From: Deltaproteobacteria bacterium
Lineage (GTDB): Bacteria > Desulfobacterota > Desulfobacteria > Desulfobacterales > ETH-SRB1
Direction of reading: 5' to 3'
Length of the DNA stretch: 60,201 nucleotides
Assembly (NCBI GenBank): GCA_030262895.1
Contig: JAJSZW010000004.1
Coordinates: forward strand, 1 to 60,201
Under the pieces are notes generated by a model, which had not been told where the DNA came from, ran no database searches, and saw only the letters and a list, made by a program, of their open reading frames with translations. A program made the position numbers and the translations under genes. Below, one piece after another: positions 9,879-18,227 of this stretch (its first letter is position 1; each line of letters begins with the position of its first letter).

Positions 9879-10076
9879 AATATTTTTTGGCTCTATATGG
9901 ATTTCAGGTTGGTGGCAGGTTTTTTTTGGTAGCTGGAGGCTTTTGTCTCGAAAGGCAGAGAATATAAGATAGATAAATCAAGAAGTTATATGCCATAATT
10001 TCGACAGGCTGGGTAAGCCAAACGAGGATATTACTTCACCAACCTGGAATCCATATAGAGCCTAAACTAAATGAAA

Positions 10077-10114
10077 TAATCAAGGTTTGACCCCAAACCG
10101 AGACCCCAAACCGA
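10077..10114 (+). repeat. Repeat B, copy 2, with 13-bp tandem duplication
   Basis: TAATCAAGGTTTGACCCCAAA followed by (GACCCCAAACCGA)x2. Confidence 0.88.
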
Positions 10115-10194
10115 CCTAAAAAACGGATTACGGTTAAGCTGTGTTGCTTATTATATCACTCACTTATGTTCCCACATAATCCGTTAGAATCAGA

Positions 10195-10218
10195 TTAATA
10201 ATTAAGATGCGACCCTGT
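10195..10218 (+). repeat. Repeat C, copy 1 (TTAATAATTAAGATGCGACCCTGT)
   Basis: Exact 24-bp direct repeat of 15584-15607. Confidence 0.9.
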
Positions 10219-10223
10219 TTGTC

Positions 10224-10314
10224 AACTTTCGTAACAAATGTCCCCTTTGAGATTGCCCGCTTGGAGAGTTCATCCTGTCTAAAAAAACAGAAACTTATAA
10301 ACTAATATGCGTCC
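10224..10314 (+). repeat. About 90-bp direct repeat containing repeat A, copy 2
   Basis: AACAAATGTCCCCTTTGAGATTGCCCGC...CATCCTGTCTAAAAAAACAGAAACTTATAAACTAAT matches 11589-11680. Confidence 0.9.
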
Positions 10315-10444
10315 AAGGTTTCACAAGTTTCCCTCGATAGGATGTCCCCTTTATATCTGTCAATTCAAAAAGTGCGCTTGCGTAAACTTTCTTTGATTTT
10401 TTGATGAAAGTGTATATAATAAAAGCAAGTAATATATCTGGACT

Positions 10445-10700
10445 GCACACCTCAGCCGATTGGAAAACGGAAGATACCAGCCTTCTATTGAAGTTTTAAA
10501 AAAAACTGGCTGACACACTTCAGGTAGGCACGAACTATCTGCTTAGCGATACTGATGATGAAGCAGAAGAGATAAGGATTAAGGATCAATCTTTTGCTGA
10601 TAAAATCAGATTGCTGGATTCTTTGGACGGCAAAGAAAAAGAAACTGTTATCAACGTACTTGATGTCATGCTTACAAAAAATGCTCAACCTTTTAACAGA
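10445..10700 (+). pseudogene. XRE-family HTH regulator pseudogene
   Basis: Manual translation AHLSRLENGRYQPSIEVLKK/[frameshift in A8 at 10498-10505]/LADTLQVGTNYLLSD...DKIRLLDSLDGKEKETVINVLD; 5' end missing. Confidence 0.75.
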
Positions 10701-10734
10701 AAAAAATGAACATATTTAAGACGGGAGACGGATC

Positions 10735-10956
10735 ATGCCGGAAGCAAACTATAACCAAGTCATATCCGAGATAAAAACATTAAATTTATCAGACCAACTT
10801 CGTCTTTTGGAAGAAATGGCAACGCTGATTCGCAAAAAGACAAGCGGAACACGACCCCGCAGCATTATGGAACTTAAAGGAAAAGGCAAGGATATCTGGA
10901 AGGGGCTTAATATAAAAGCGTATATTGATGAGGAAAGATCATCGTGGAATGGATAA
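10735..10956 (+). CDS. Putative VapB-type antitoxin
   Basis: 73 aa, RBS present, SIMELKGKGKDIW...YIDEERSSW; overlaps the downstream PIN gene. Confidence 0.75.
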   Translation: MPEANYNQVISEIKTLNLSDQLRLLEEMATLIRKKTSGTRPRSIMELKGKGKDIWKGLNIKAYIDEERSSWNG

Positions 10957-11381
10957 ACGTTCTACGGGGGAAAACGGTTGGCCTTGATACTGCGCCGCTG
11001 ATTTATTTTATTGAAGAAAACCCCGCTTATATTGAAATTGTACGGTTTTTCTTTGAAGCAATGGACAGAGGTGATTTCATAGTTGTCACTTCAACCGTGA
11101 CCTTACTGGAAGTACTGGTGCATCCATTACGCAGCAATAACAGAGAACTGGCAACAGAATACCGAGACATCTTGCTTAATTCAAGACTGATGACTTTGGA
11201 AGTTTCAAATGCCATTGCGGAACAGGCAGCCCAGCTCAGGGCTACCCATAATATCCGCACACCAGATGCCATTCAGATAAGCGCTGCATTAAACGCAGGT
11301 GCAACCCATTTTTTCACCAATGATATCAGACTGCCTGAAATTCCATCCTTACAGATTCTTTCCATTGATGCACTTGTCTAA
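10944..11381 (+). CDS. vapC: VapC-family PIN toxin
   Basis: VGLDTAPLIY, TSTVTLLEV, IRTPDAIQISAA, FFTND acidic PIN motifs. Confidence 0.88.
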   Translation: MEWINVLRGKTVGLDTAPLIYFIEENPAYIEIVRFFFEAMDRGDFIVVTSTVTLLEVLVHPLRSNNRELATEYRDILLNSRLMTLEVSNAIAEQAAQLRATHNIRTPDAIQISAALNAGATHFFTNDIRLPEIPSLQILSIDALV

Positions 11382-11437
11382 AAAAATTTGTCCTGGGCAT
11401 ATGTAGAAGCAGCGAACTTTGCGATCAGGCATAGTGT

Positions 11438-11532
11438 GCCAGACGGTTCGACTATCGGAAAAAGGTGTGCACAAGATAGAGACCTATCCCAACCCCGGCA
11501 AAAATAAACGCCATACGAATCCAGATTTTGCG
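11438..11532 (-). pseudogene. Duplicated 3' half of the small membrane-protein gene at 13483-13671
   Basis: 95-bp near-identity to 13469-13563; encodes RKIWIRMAFIFAGVGIGLYLVHTFFR* without its 5' half. Confidence 0.8.
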
Positions 11533-11588
11533 CCATGCCCTTATCCAGCAACGAGCAAAAGTATTTGTCTGCAAGAAAAAAAGTTAGG

Positions 11589-11729
11589 AACGTTCGGAAC
11601 AAATGTCCCCCTTTGAGATTGCCCGCCTGGAGGGTTCATCCTGTCTAAAAAACAGAAACTTATAAACTAATGAGCGTCCCCCACTCCACACGCTTATAAA
11701 CTAATGAGCGTCCCCCACTCCACACGCTT
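11589..11729 (+). repeat. About 90-bp repeat/repeat A copy 3 plus a 34-bp tandem duplication
   Basis: Matches 10224-10314; (CTTATAAACTAATGAGCGTCCCCCACTCCACACG)x2 at 11659-11726. Confidence 0.9.
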
Positions 11730-11753
11730 CTAATACACATCGCGCTTCCCATC

Positions 11754-12305
11754 TTGAAACACATAGGAACTCCTGTCGATTGGAAAAAGCTTGCAAAGGA
11801 AACGGGCATGGGTTCCCACCACACGGCACACGATTACATCAGTATACTTTCTGACTCCTATATCCTTTATTTCCTTCAAGCCTTAGATACCAACAAAAAT
11901 TTGCCAAAGCTAAGAAAAGGGAAAAAAATCTACCCCTTTGATCCCGTCATTAGCACTGTTTTACTCACATATCATCCTTATTTAAAGATTGAAGACTCCA
12001 TGCTTATCGAAGCTGTCGTAGGGAGTCATCTTTTGAGGAAAAGCCGATTTATAAACGCCGGCCTGTCTTCGATTTCGGATCTCTTTTATTGGCAAAGCAA
12101 GGTGGGCAAAGAAGTCGATTTTGTGTTTCTTGATCAGAAGGGGCCACAATCTATTGAGGTGAAATACCAGAATCACGTTACGTTGCGAGACAGCATCACC
12201 ATGATCAGACATTTTAAGAAGGGCCTGCTTCTTTCCAAAAAAGATTTTGAAGTTGGCTCCAATGCCTTAATGCTGCCTGTCTCATGGTTTCTCGCCATGA
12301 TTTAA
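11754..12305 (+). pseudogene. C-terminal DUF4143 part of an AAA_14 ATPase (5'-truncated)
   Basis: KKIYPFDP, LIEAVV..HL, FYWQ...KEVDFV, IEVK; no ATPase domain; begins just after the repeats. Confidence 0.75.
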
Positions 12306-12398
12306 TTCCTAAATCTTTACCTCGCCTGCCCCATATGTCCAAATTATCACAAATAATTTGATTTAAGGTGAATTTCATCATATAAATCGTTTATAAAA

Positions 12399-12522
12399 AT
12401 GGACAAACTAATAAATCGAATTCAACAGATTGATTTGCCCTCAAACCGTTCCGCTTTTTTGTGGGGACCCAGGAAGACTGGAAAAACAACCTTATTAAGA
12501 CAACTGTTTCCCAATGCATATC
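12399..12522 (+). pseudogene. N-terminal fragment of an AAA_14/DUF4143 ATPase
   Basis: SAFLWGPRKTGKTTLL Walker A, then the frame runs into the 3' end of the antisense antitoxin gene. Confidence 0.75.
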
Positions 12523-12900
12523 TCATAGGAAAACTTTATATTCGGTACGTAAAGCCCTGGCTAAACGCTTTGCCATGTTTTTACCAATGGAACGTTTGCC
12601 ATTCTCCATTTCAGAGATGTGGCTTGGTTTGACTCCTATCATATCCGCGAGTTGTTTTTGCGTCAATCCTTCACGGGAACGAAGCCCTCGCAAGGCATGA
12701 CCTATATGTAATTCGGGAAAGACTTCTTCAATAGAATATAAGTTGCCATCGTCTTCCTCTATATTTTGTAGAGACATTCCTGCCAGGTTAAGGATCTTTT
12801 CAATGGCCTCACTTATCAATCCCGCTTTGTCGGAAGGTACGCCGCGCAAGCGGATCTCAACAAATCCGTTCATAATCTGCGTTTTCGTGAGTTCCAACAT
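12523..12900 (-). CDS. HigA-like XRE antitoxin
   Basis: LRGLRSREGLTQKQLADMIGVKPSHISEMENGKRSIG; start reassigned to MLELTK after GGAGG. Confidence 0.85.
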   Translation of the reverse strand: MLELTKTQIMNGFVEIRLRGVPSDKAGLISEAIEKILNLAGMSLQNIEEDDGNLYSIEEVFPELHIGHALRGLRSREGLTQKQLADMIGVKPSHISEMENGKRSIGKNMAKRLARALRTEYKVFL

Positions 12901-13153
12901 ATCGCACCTCCACATGCTTACTCTCTTTTCTTGTAACTTTCCAAATGGCAACATAGGTTGGCTTGCCCTTTTTTAGGTGGCAATGATAGCAATGCTTCTT
13001 GCCTTTTATCGTGCCATAGTTATACCACGTATTTCTCGTAGGACCAAGTTGCTTCATTTCCAAAACCAAAGCGAAAAGGCTTTCTCGCACTTTAGGCGGA
13101 AGATTTTTGGCTTGCTTTTTAGCCTTACTTGTAAATCTTACGTCCCACACCAT
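12857..13153 (-). CDS. HigB/RelE-like toxin
   Basis: WDVRFTSKAKKQAKNLP, YHCHL, VRYVGTHE; toxin-first arrangement. Confidence 0.8.
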   Translation of the reverse strand: MVWDVRFTSKAKKQAKNLPPKVRESLFALVLEMKQLGPTRNTWYNYGTIKGKKHCYHCHLKKGKPTYVAIWKVTRKESKHVEVRYVGTHENADYERIC

Positions 13154-13163
13154 AGTTACCTAT

Positions 13164-13187
13164 TACCATCTATTGGTATTTTGTCAA
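13164..13187 (-). promoter_or_regulatory. TA operator/promoter
   Basis: TACCA-N5-TGGTA palindrome beside TTGACA on the minus strand. Confidence 0.55.
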
Positions 13188-13482
13188 GCAGGAGTTACCA
13201 AAATCAAGAAAAAATGGGGATATCTTCCGTTTCCCGGAAGGATGTAACCATCATGGGCAAGAGCGGTTATTAAGTCATACCAAGAAGGATCTGTTGTTGA
13301 CGGAAACCGGGCGCCCGTACTTCAAAAAGTGGCTGGCCGGGCTGCAAAATGGCCAGTTCCAAAGCAGCGGCGGCCCGCTGGCGTTGGAAGTTGGAAGCCG
13401 GTTCATTGAGTATCAAATGGGCATCCAAAAAGAGTAGGATAATTTTTTGATGCTCAGTCATACCGTTGGCCAGACGGTTCGA

Positions 13483-13671
13483 CTATCGGAAAAAAGTGTG
13501 CACAAGGTACAGGCCTATCCCAACCCCGGCAAAAATGAACGCCATACGAATCCAGATTTTTCGAGCAATGGTCAGCTTTCCTTCTGCCTTCAAGTAATCG
13601 CGGAAAGAAATACCGAGGAAGACGACCGCTATAGCTATAAAGATGATTCCCAGAGATGATGGGCTGTTCAT
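13483..13671 (-). CDS. Small two-TM hypothetical protein
   Basis: 62 aa with two hydrophobic segments; its 3' half is conserved at protein level in the duplicate at 11438-11532. Confidence 0.65.
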   Translation of the reverse strand: MNSPSSLGIIFIAIAVVFLGISFRDYLKAEGKLTIARKIWIRMAFIFAGVGIGLYLVHTFFR

Positions 13672-13703
13672 AATTATTCTCAGATTATAATTTGTGTTCT
13701 TTT

Positions 13704-13864
13704 ACCTAAGTTGAGCGATTTTTTGCGAAGAAATGTGCTAAGATCTTGATGCAGCAAGGTTTGCGAAAAGCGTAGGCATACCAATGGATATATCGAGACT
13801 TTTCGCAAGTCCTTGATGCACAAGAGATTGGTACAGGTTGAGTAAAAAATCGCTCAATTTAGGT
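13704..13864. mobile_element. Palindromic MITE-like element (161 bp)
   Basis: Termini ACCTAAGTTGAGCGATTTTTT / AAAAAATCGCTCAATTTAGGT; internal TTGCGAAAAG / CTTTTCGCAA stem. Confidence 0.75.
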
Positions 13865-13870
13865 TTTATA

Positions 13871-15226
13871 CTACGAGTGAATCAGTTGTCCGGCAAAATA
13901 CCACTCACCCTCACGAAAACGGCTCCCATTCGTTTTGATCCACTCAGCATATTTTCCTATGGTCTGCTTTTGCTGTGATACCAGCATGTCGGTTTCAAAG
14001 GGGAAGTCGATGCCGTAGCGGATTACCAATTCTTCATACGCCATTTGCCGTACTATACGCGGGCTTTTTTCTGATTCCAGGTTTTCTAACAGACAGGCTG
14101 GCGAATAAGGTTTGCCGTTACGATACCGAATTGCGGGGTTAAAGTGTGATTTATTTTCTGCCCACCACTTTTGCCAGTCTTCAGGTTTTTGTGAGATGCG
14201 GGTGATGGTGGTGCCTGGTTCTTCTCCCGGGGAATAGAGACTTTCCCCGCGTTTCAGCTTTTCAAGTTCTTCTTCAAACAGTTCGTCTTCATCTATTTCT
14301 TCAGGAATAAAAACTTCTTCGTAAATTCCTGCGCCGGTAATGAGATTGAATGCTATTGCCGCAGACTCGGCAAAATCGGCATTACCAAGATCTGATAGAA
14401 GTGTGTCAACAGCCGAAATATCGCCGAGCAAACCCAATGCGATCAGGCAATCAGCGCTTGCCTTGTTGTTATTGGCACTTTCTATCAGAACCGCTGCCGT
14501 TGAGCGATTGCCTCCAAGTCCAAGCAGCAGAAACGGCCAATTCCCTGAATGGACAGAATGCAAGCAATGGTCTAAGGCTTGCGGATCGCCGATACGCAAA
14601 AGAGCCAGCGCTGTTGCAGAACAGACTGATTCATCTTCGTGTTTAAGATACTTATTGAAAAGGAGGGTGCGCGCATATTGTTCGCGGACGCGGCCAATAG
14701 ACCAAATAATATTAGATACTGCTTGTGAATTGTTTTGCTGCAATGCATTGAGAAGTTCTTTTCCTGAAGACAACCGTCGATACCCTATAAGTTTAGCAGC
14801 AACAGGAATTAGCCTTTGATCCCCTTCTGATAGAATACGAATAAATTCATCTGTCCATTCCGACGGCAGCTCATGGTTGAGGGCGTCACTTATGGCTTGC
14901 ACCCTTTCTGTATCCTTTGGATCAAGGGCTTCCAAACATTCCTGCACAAAGTCCAGCTGGTTTTGCCGACAGAAAACTCTTACCGCTGCATGGAGTTCGC
15001 CAAAGTCGCCTTCCATTGCCTGAGTTTTGCAAACATTCAATGCCAGATCTTCGCCAACTACCAAAGCGTCTATATGCGCTTCAAAACGTTCCTCAAAGTC
15101 TGCGATGTCCAGCCACGTTATTTCGGGATCATCGAACAGGGTCAGACGCTGCTCGTAAAGGAAGGAGGCTTCCTCAAGATGTTCCTGGTATAGTTCTGTT
15201 TCAAAATCTAATATTGTTTGGGTCAT
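13871..15226 (-). CDS. TIGR02270-like HEAT-repeat protein of vgrG/DUF2169 clusters
   Basis: EHLEEASFLY..R, EERFEAHIDAL, RYRNGKP; last gene of the effector block. Confidence 0.8.
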   Translation of the reverse strand: MTQTILDFETELYQEHLEEASFLYEQRLTLFDDPEITWLDIADFEERFEAHIDALVVGEDLALNVCKTQAMEGDFGELHAAVRVFCRQNQLDFVQECLEALDPKDTERVQAISDALNHELPSEWTDEFIRILSEGDQRLIPVAAKLIGYRRLSSGKELLNALQQNNSQAVSNIIWSIGRVREQYARTLLFNKYLKHEDESVCSATALALLRIGDPQALDHCLHSVHSGNWPFLLLGLGGNRSTAAVLIESANNNKASADCLIALGLLGDISAVDTLLSDLGNADFAESAAIAFNLITGAGIYEEVFIPEEIDEDELFEEELEKLKRGESLYSPGEEPGTTITRISQKPEDWQKWWAENKSHFNPAIRYRNGKPYSPACLLENLESEKSPRIVRQMAYEELVIRYGIDFPFETDMLVSQQKQTIGKYAEWIKTNGSRFREGEWYFAGQLIHS

Positions 15227-15249
15227 TTTGGGTATGGTTATTTTAGCTG

Positions 15250-15405
15250 TTAGAGAAGCTGGAGTCCGTTTTTCAAGATCTCGTCAACCAACGGATCATT
15301 GCGGTTAAAGGATTCCTTTCTAAAGGGACGTGGTTCAATATTTTTTCCCACTTCACGAAGAAAAATCTGAATTGTCCTATTTAGGTCGTCATTGTTTTCA
15401 GCCAT
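15250..15405 (-). pseudogene. C-terminal fragment of a minimal nucleotidyltransferase (MNT)-like gene
   Basis: Manual translation ...LREVGKNIEPRPFRKESFNRNDPLVDEILKNGLQLL* resembles MNT C-termini; no N-terminal GS..DxD motif. Confidence 0.5.
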
Positions 15406-15500
15406 TTGAATGTCTCTTTGATGTTTTTCATCTGCTCAAAGGTATATTTTTTGGTACAGGGAAAGGCCACAACAGGAAAACACAAAAGCACCGAACAACA

Positions 15501-15607
15501 GCCGCATCTTAAATTTTGAAAAACAGTTCCCTATGCTGTGATATTTATAAATACAACATATTTATGCCCAATATCCACAATAGTTAATAATTAAGATGCG
15601 ACCCTGT
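15501..15607. repeat. Repeat C copy 2 with an inverted partner (REPIN-like)
   Basis: GCCGCATCTTAA (15501) ... TTAAGATGCGAC (15591); 15584-15607 is identical to 10195-10218. Confidence 0.75.
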
Positions 15608-15717
15608 ACTCTTCCTTTGTTCATACAGGCCTTTGAAAAGATACGGATTAGTCGCACTCATCTGTGCGGGTATCGATTAAATTTTAAACCACTCTGTTTC
15701 TCTGATCTCAAGGAAAC

Positions 15718-16275
15718 TCAACCTGCCCAGTTCCTTGGATCGTAGAAGACCATGCCAGGTATACCGCGACGTTCGATCTCAAGTCGAACATTATTGGACA
15801 CAATGATTGCATTGACGCTCTCTGCCAGTCGGAACAGCTTAAAGGGCTTTGCTTTCTCTTCGTCGATCACCAAACTATCGAAGTCGACATCAATCATAGT
15901 GGAGGATGATGTTTGCATTAGCTCGGAGGCATCCATATCTGCTGCTGCGACGACGCCCACTATGTTGAACGCCTTATAGTTTGTGTATTCTTTGCCAGTC
16001 TCAGGGTCCCGAACAACCGCATCAAAAAGTTGAAGGTTATCGACACCAGCTGCTTGGAGGGCGGTAATCAGGTCTTCGCGCATGATCGGATATTGTGGCC
16101 CAGTATACATTGCCTTCATATTCCCGGATGGTTCAGAATCCAGAATGTACACTAGCTGACAATCTGGAGGACGCACAACAGAACCATGCATCCAGGGCGG
16201 CTTACCCAGATGGGGTGTATCATCCAAAGTTCTGATCGGATACTCGCCTTCACACTCCATAACATAGTAATCCAT
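15718..16275 (-). CDS. Imm11/DUF1629-like immunity protein
   Basis: Directly downstream of the AHH nuclease; YKAFNIVG...D...S, LVIDE, LFRLAE...IIVS pattern. Confidence 0.7.
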   Translation of the reverse strand: MDYYVMECEGEYPIRTLDDTPHLGKPPWMHGSVVRPPDCQLVYILDSEPSGNMKAMYTGPQYPIMREDLITALQAAGVDNLQLFDAVVRDPETGKEYTNYKAFNIVGVVAAADMDASELMQTSSSTMIDVDFDSLVIDEEKAKPFKLFRLAESVNAIIVSNNVRLEIERRGIPGMVFYDPRNWAG

Positions 16276-16311
16276 AAGAATCTCCTTTCTAAATAAGACC
16301 TGGAATTCGAC

Positions 16312-17355
16312 TTACTTCGGCAACGGTCGTTCCAGAACAGTTAATTTCGCCCCTGCGGATACCCGTCGGAATTCTCTAGCTACCTCGTATTTGTCTGCCT
16401 GGACTTTAGTGAAGTAGTGCTTAGCCCAACGATTCGACGTTAACAAGGTTTGTTTCCACTGCGAAGGAGTACCCATTAGATGATAACGTAAGCGTTTGGA
16501 AAAGCCAAAAAGCCGGCGTTTTATTCGGTACGGCGGTGGGATCTCTTTTTTTCCCTCTTCTTTACAGATATCACAGCAATCCAAATGCACAGCCAGTGCT
16601 GTACTTATCTTGTTTAGGTTCCTCAACACATGATCACTATAATTACTGTGGCTATCGTGGAATTGTGCACCAGTGGCCTTACATGTTCCAGCCACATAGG
16701 TGAACTGCCACTCTTCATTTTCGGCGCTGAGTTTTGACCATGATTCGCCTTTTACCGGCGTCGTACCCTCTCGAGCTTTACGAACATAAGGCTTTTTGTT
16801 TTTGGGTTTGATCTTCTTTTCGGGCATTGCTGTTTTAATCGCATAGTTACCCGGGAGCCACACACCATTATGAGCGCCATTTATATCGTAACCGATATGG
16901 TGCTTGATCGTGTATTGACGACCACCCCTGCTTTCTACCTTGCCTCCTTCCTTCATGAACTCAACGAGTGCCTCAGCAGGTTTAAGGGAGGCATTCCCTG
17001 GAATTAAATGATGTGCTGCAACAACAAAAGGGAAGTCACCTTCCTTCACGTCATGATGCCCGGGGATGTGTATCTTTGGATTTCGACCTTCACGTTTTGT
17101 ATCACTCGGTTTCATCTTGACGAGGTAGTCGTCCGGAGGGTACGGCCCACCATCTGCTTTTCCTTTTTCCCCTTTCAAGAGATTTTGTCCTAAAATTCCG
17201 CCGTCATTCGCTTGTGCTTCTTCAGCAGAATCTCTATCGTCATCTAAAATATTCTCTGGTTTAGCCTCGGGTCCACCCGGTTCATCCTCATTGAAGGGAC
17301 ATTTCAATTCATATTCTTTTTCAAGAGAGTCTGATATGACTTCGCCGATTTCCAT
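16312..17355 (-). CDS. AHH-family (HNH/EndoVII) nuclease T6SS effector
   Basis: VAAHHLIPG, GYDINGAHNGVWLP, QFHDSH..Y. Confidence 0.82.
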   Translation of the reverse strand: MEIGEVISDSLEKEYELKCPFNEDEPGGPEAKPENILDDDRDSAEEAQANDGGILGQNLLKGEKGKADGGPYPPDDYLVKMKPSDTKREGRNPKIHIPGHHDVKEGDFPFVVAAHHLIPGNASLKPAEALVEFMKEGGKVESRGGRQYTIKHHIGYDINGAHNGVWLPGNYAIKTAMPEKKIKPKNKKPYVRKAREGTTPVKGESWSKLSAENEEWQFTYVAGTCKATGAQFHDSHSNYSDHVLRNLNKISTALAVHLDCCDICKEEGKKEIPPPYRIKRRLFGFSKRLRYHLMGTPSQWKQTLLTSNRWAKHYFTKVQADKYEVAREFRRVSAGAKLTVLERPLPK

Positions 17356-17825
17356 GGATTCCGCCTTTCAGGGAGACGATCGATTTGAATGACTAATCAT
17401 TTAGATCGTCTATTTTTTGCGAGTACCTGATTCAACACCGCTACGTTCCCTGCTGCCCATATGTTTTTCTGATCTGCCATGACTTGTTGTTTAAGAAAAT
17501 TCTTCGCTCGTATTCTGAAGATACCTTTCAGTGCTCATCTGTTCCCGCATATCCTGAATAGAAAATACAATGTGTATCGCTATCAGGATTTCCTACCAGT
17601 GTAACCTTGGTGCAAAAAATACTATGATTACCAACTTTTGCATACGGGGATACAATATTTTAACAGGATATCTGAATTGCATGATCAAAAAACAGAACTT
17701 TCACCCGCTGAAAACGTAACATTATAGGCTACACATATTGGATGATAAACGATGCTGAGACTGCAATAGCTGTTACCATTCTGCAAAGATGGAGTAACAA
17801 AGATGGATTCATCCTAACATAGTGA

Positions 17826-18206
17826 CTATCCCATAATATTCTTTTTATTATGAAAAAGCGGATCCCCTAACCGACAAACATTCTTTCCTTCGAACTTAAC
17901 ATCGAAAGAGTACATCATATATTCCGCCTCTCCCTTGGTCTTGCTACTTATCACACCACCGGCGCTTCCGGCCTCATCGCCAGTGGTCGTACTGTACTTT
18001 GCCCCTTTTACCATCGGCATTTTGCCATCAGTTTTAACCTTTTTCGGTCCTTTTGATGTATCAGATGATTTTCCAATGTTTGGATAAGGGATAGGAATCG
18101 GACCCGCAGGTGATGGTGTTTTGCAGACATCAGGAAAAACCGGACTCATTCCCCCACTTCCTTTATGAACTATCCCTCGTGAGTTGACAAACGTTGTTTG
18201 ACCCAT
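17826..18206 (-). CDS. Stand-alone PAAR-like DUF4150 protein
   Basis: FPDVCKTPSP..P.PIPYPN, GDEAG..GGV.S, SFDVKFEGKNVCRLGD. Confidence 0.92.
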   Translation of the reverse strand: MGQTTFVNSRGIVHKGSGGMSPVFPDVCKTPSPAGPIPIPYPNIGKSSDTSKGPKKVKTDGKMPMVKGAKYSTTTGDEAGSAGGVISSKTKGEAEYMMYSFDVKFEGKNVCRLGDPLFHNKKNIMG

Positions 18207-18227
18207 ATTTTGTCTCCATATTTTGCT

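Noticed and set aside
9073-11729. Repeats A/B/C as a CRISPR array or attC sites
   Set aside because: Spacing is over 1 kb and irregular, there are no cas genes, and no RYYYAAC/GTTRRRY boxes or attC-like stems.
13216-13437. Open plus-strand frame (GDIFRFPEG...GIQKE*) and the antisense 63-aa ORF 13270-13461
   Set aside because: May be another gene tail, but there is no start and no family I can recognise, so it was not called.
17356-17825. Possible broken linker fusing DUF4150 to the AHH nuclease
   Set aside because: DUF4150 ends at its normal C-terminus, the ORF track shows nothing in the gap, and the nuclease has its own start.
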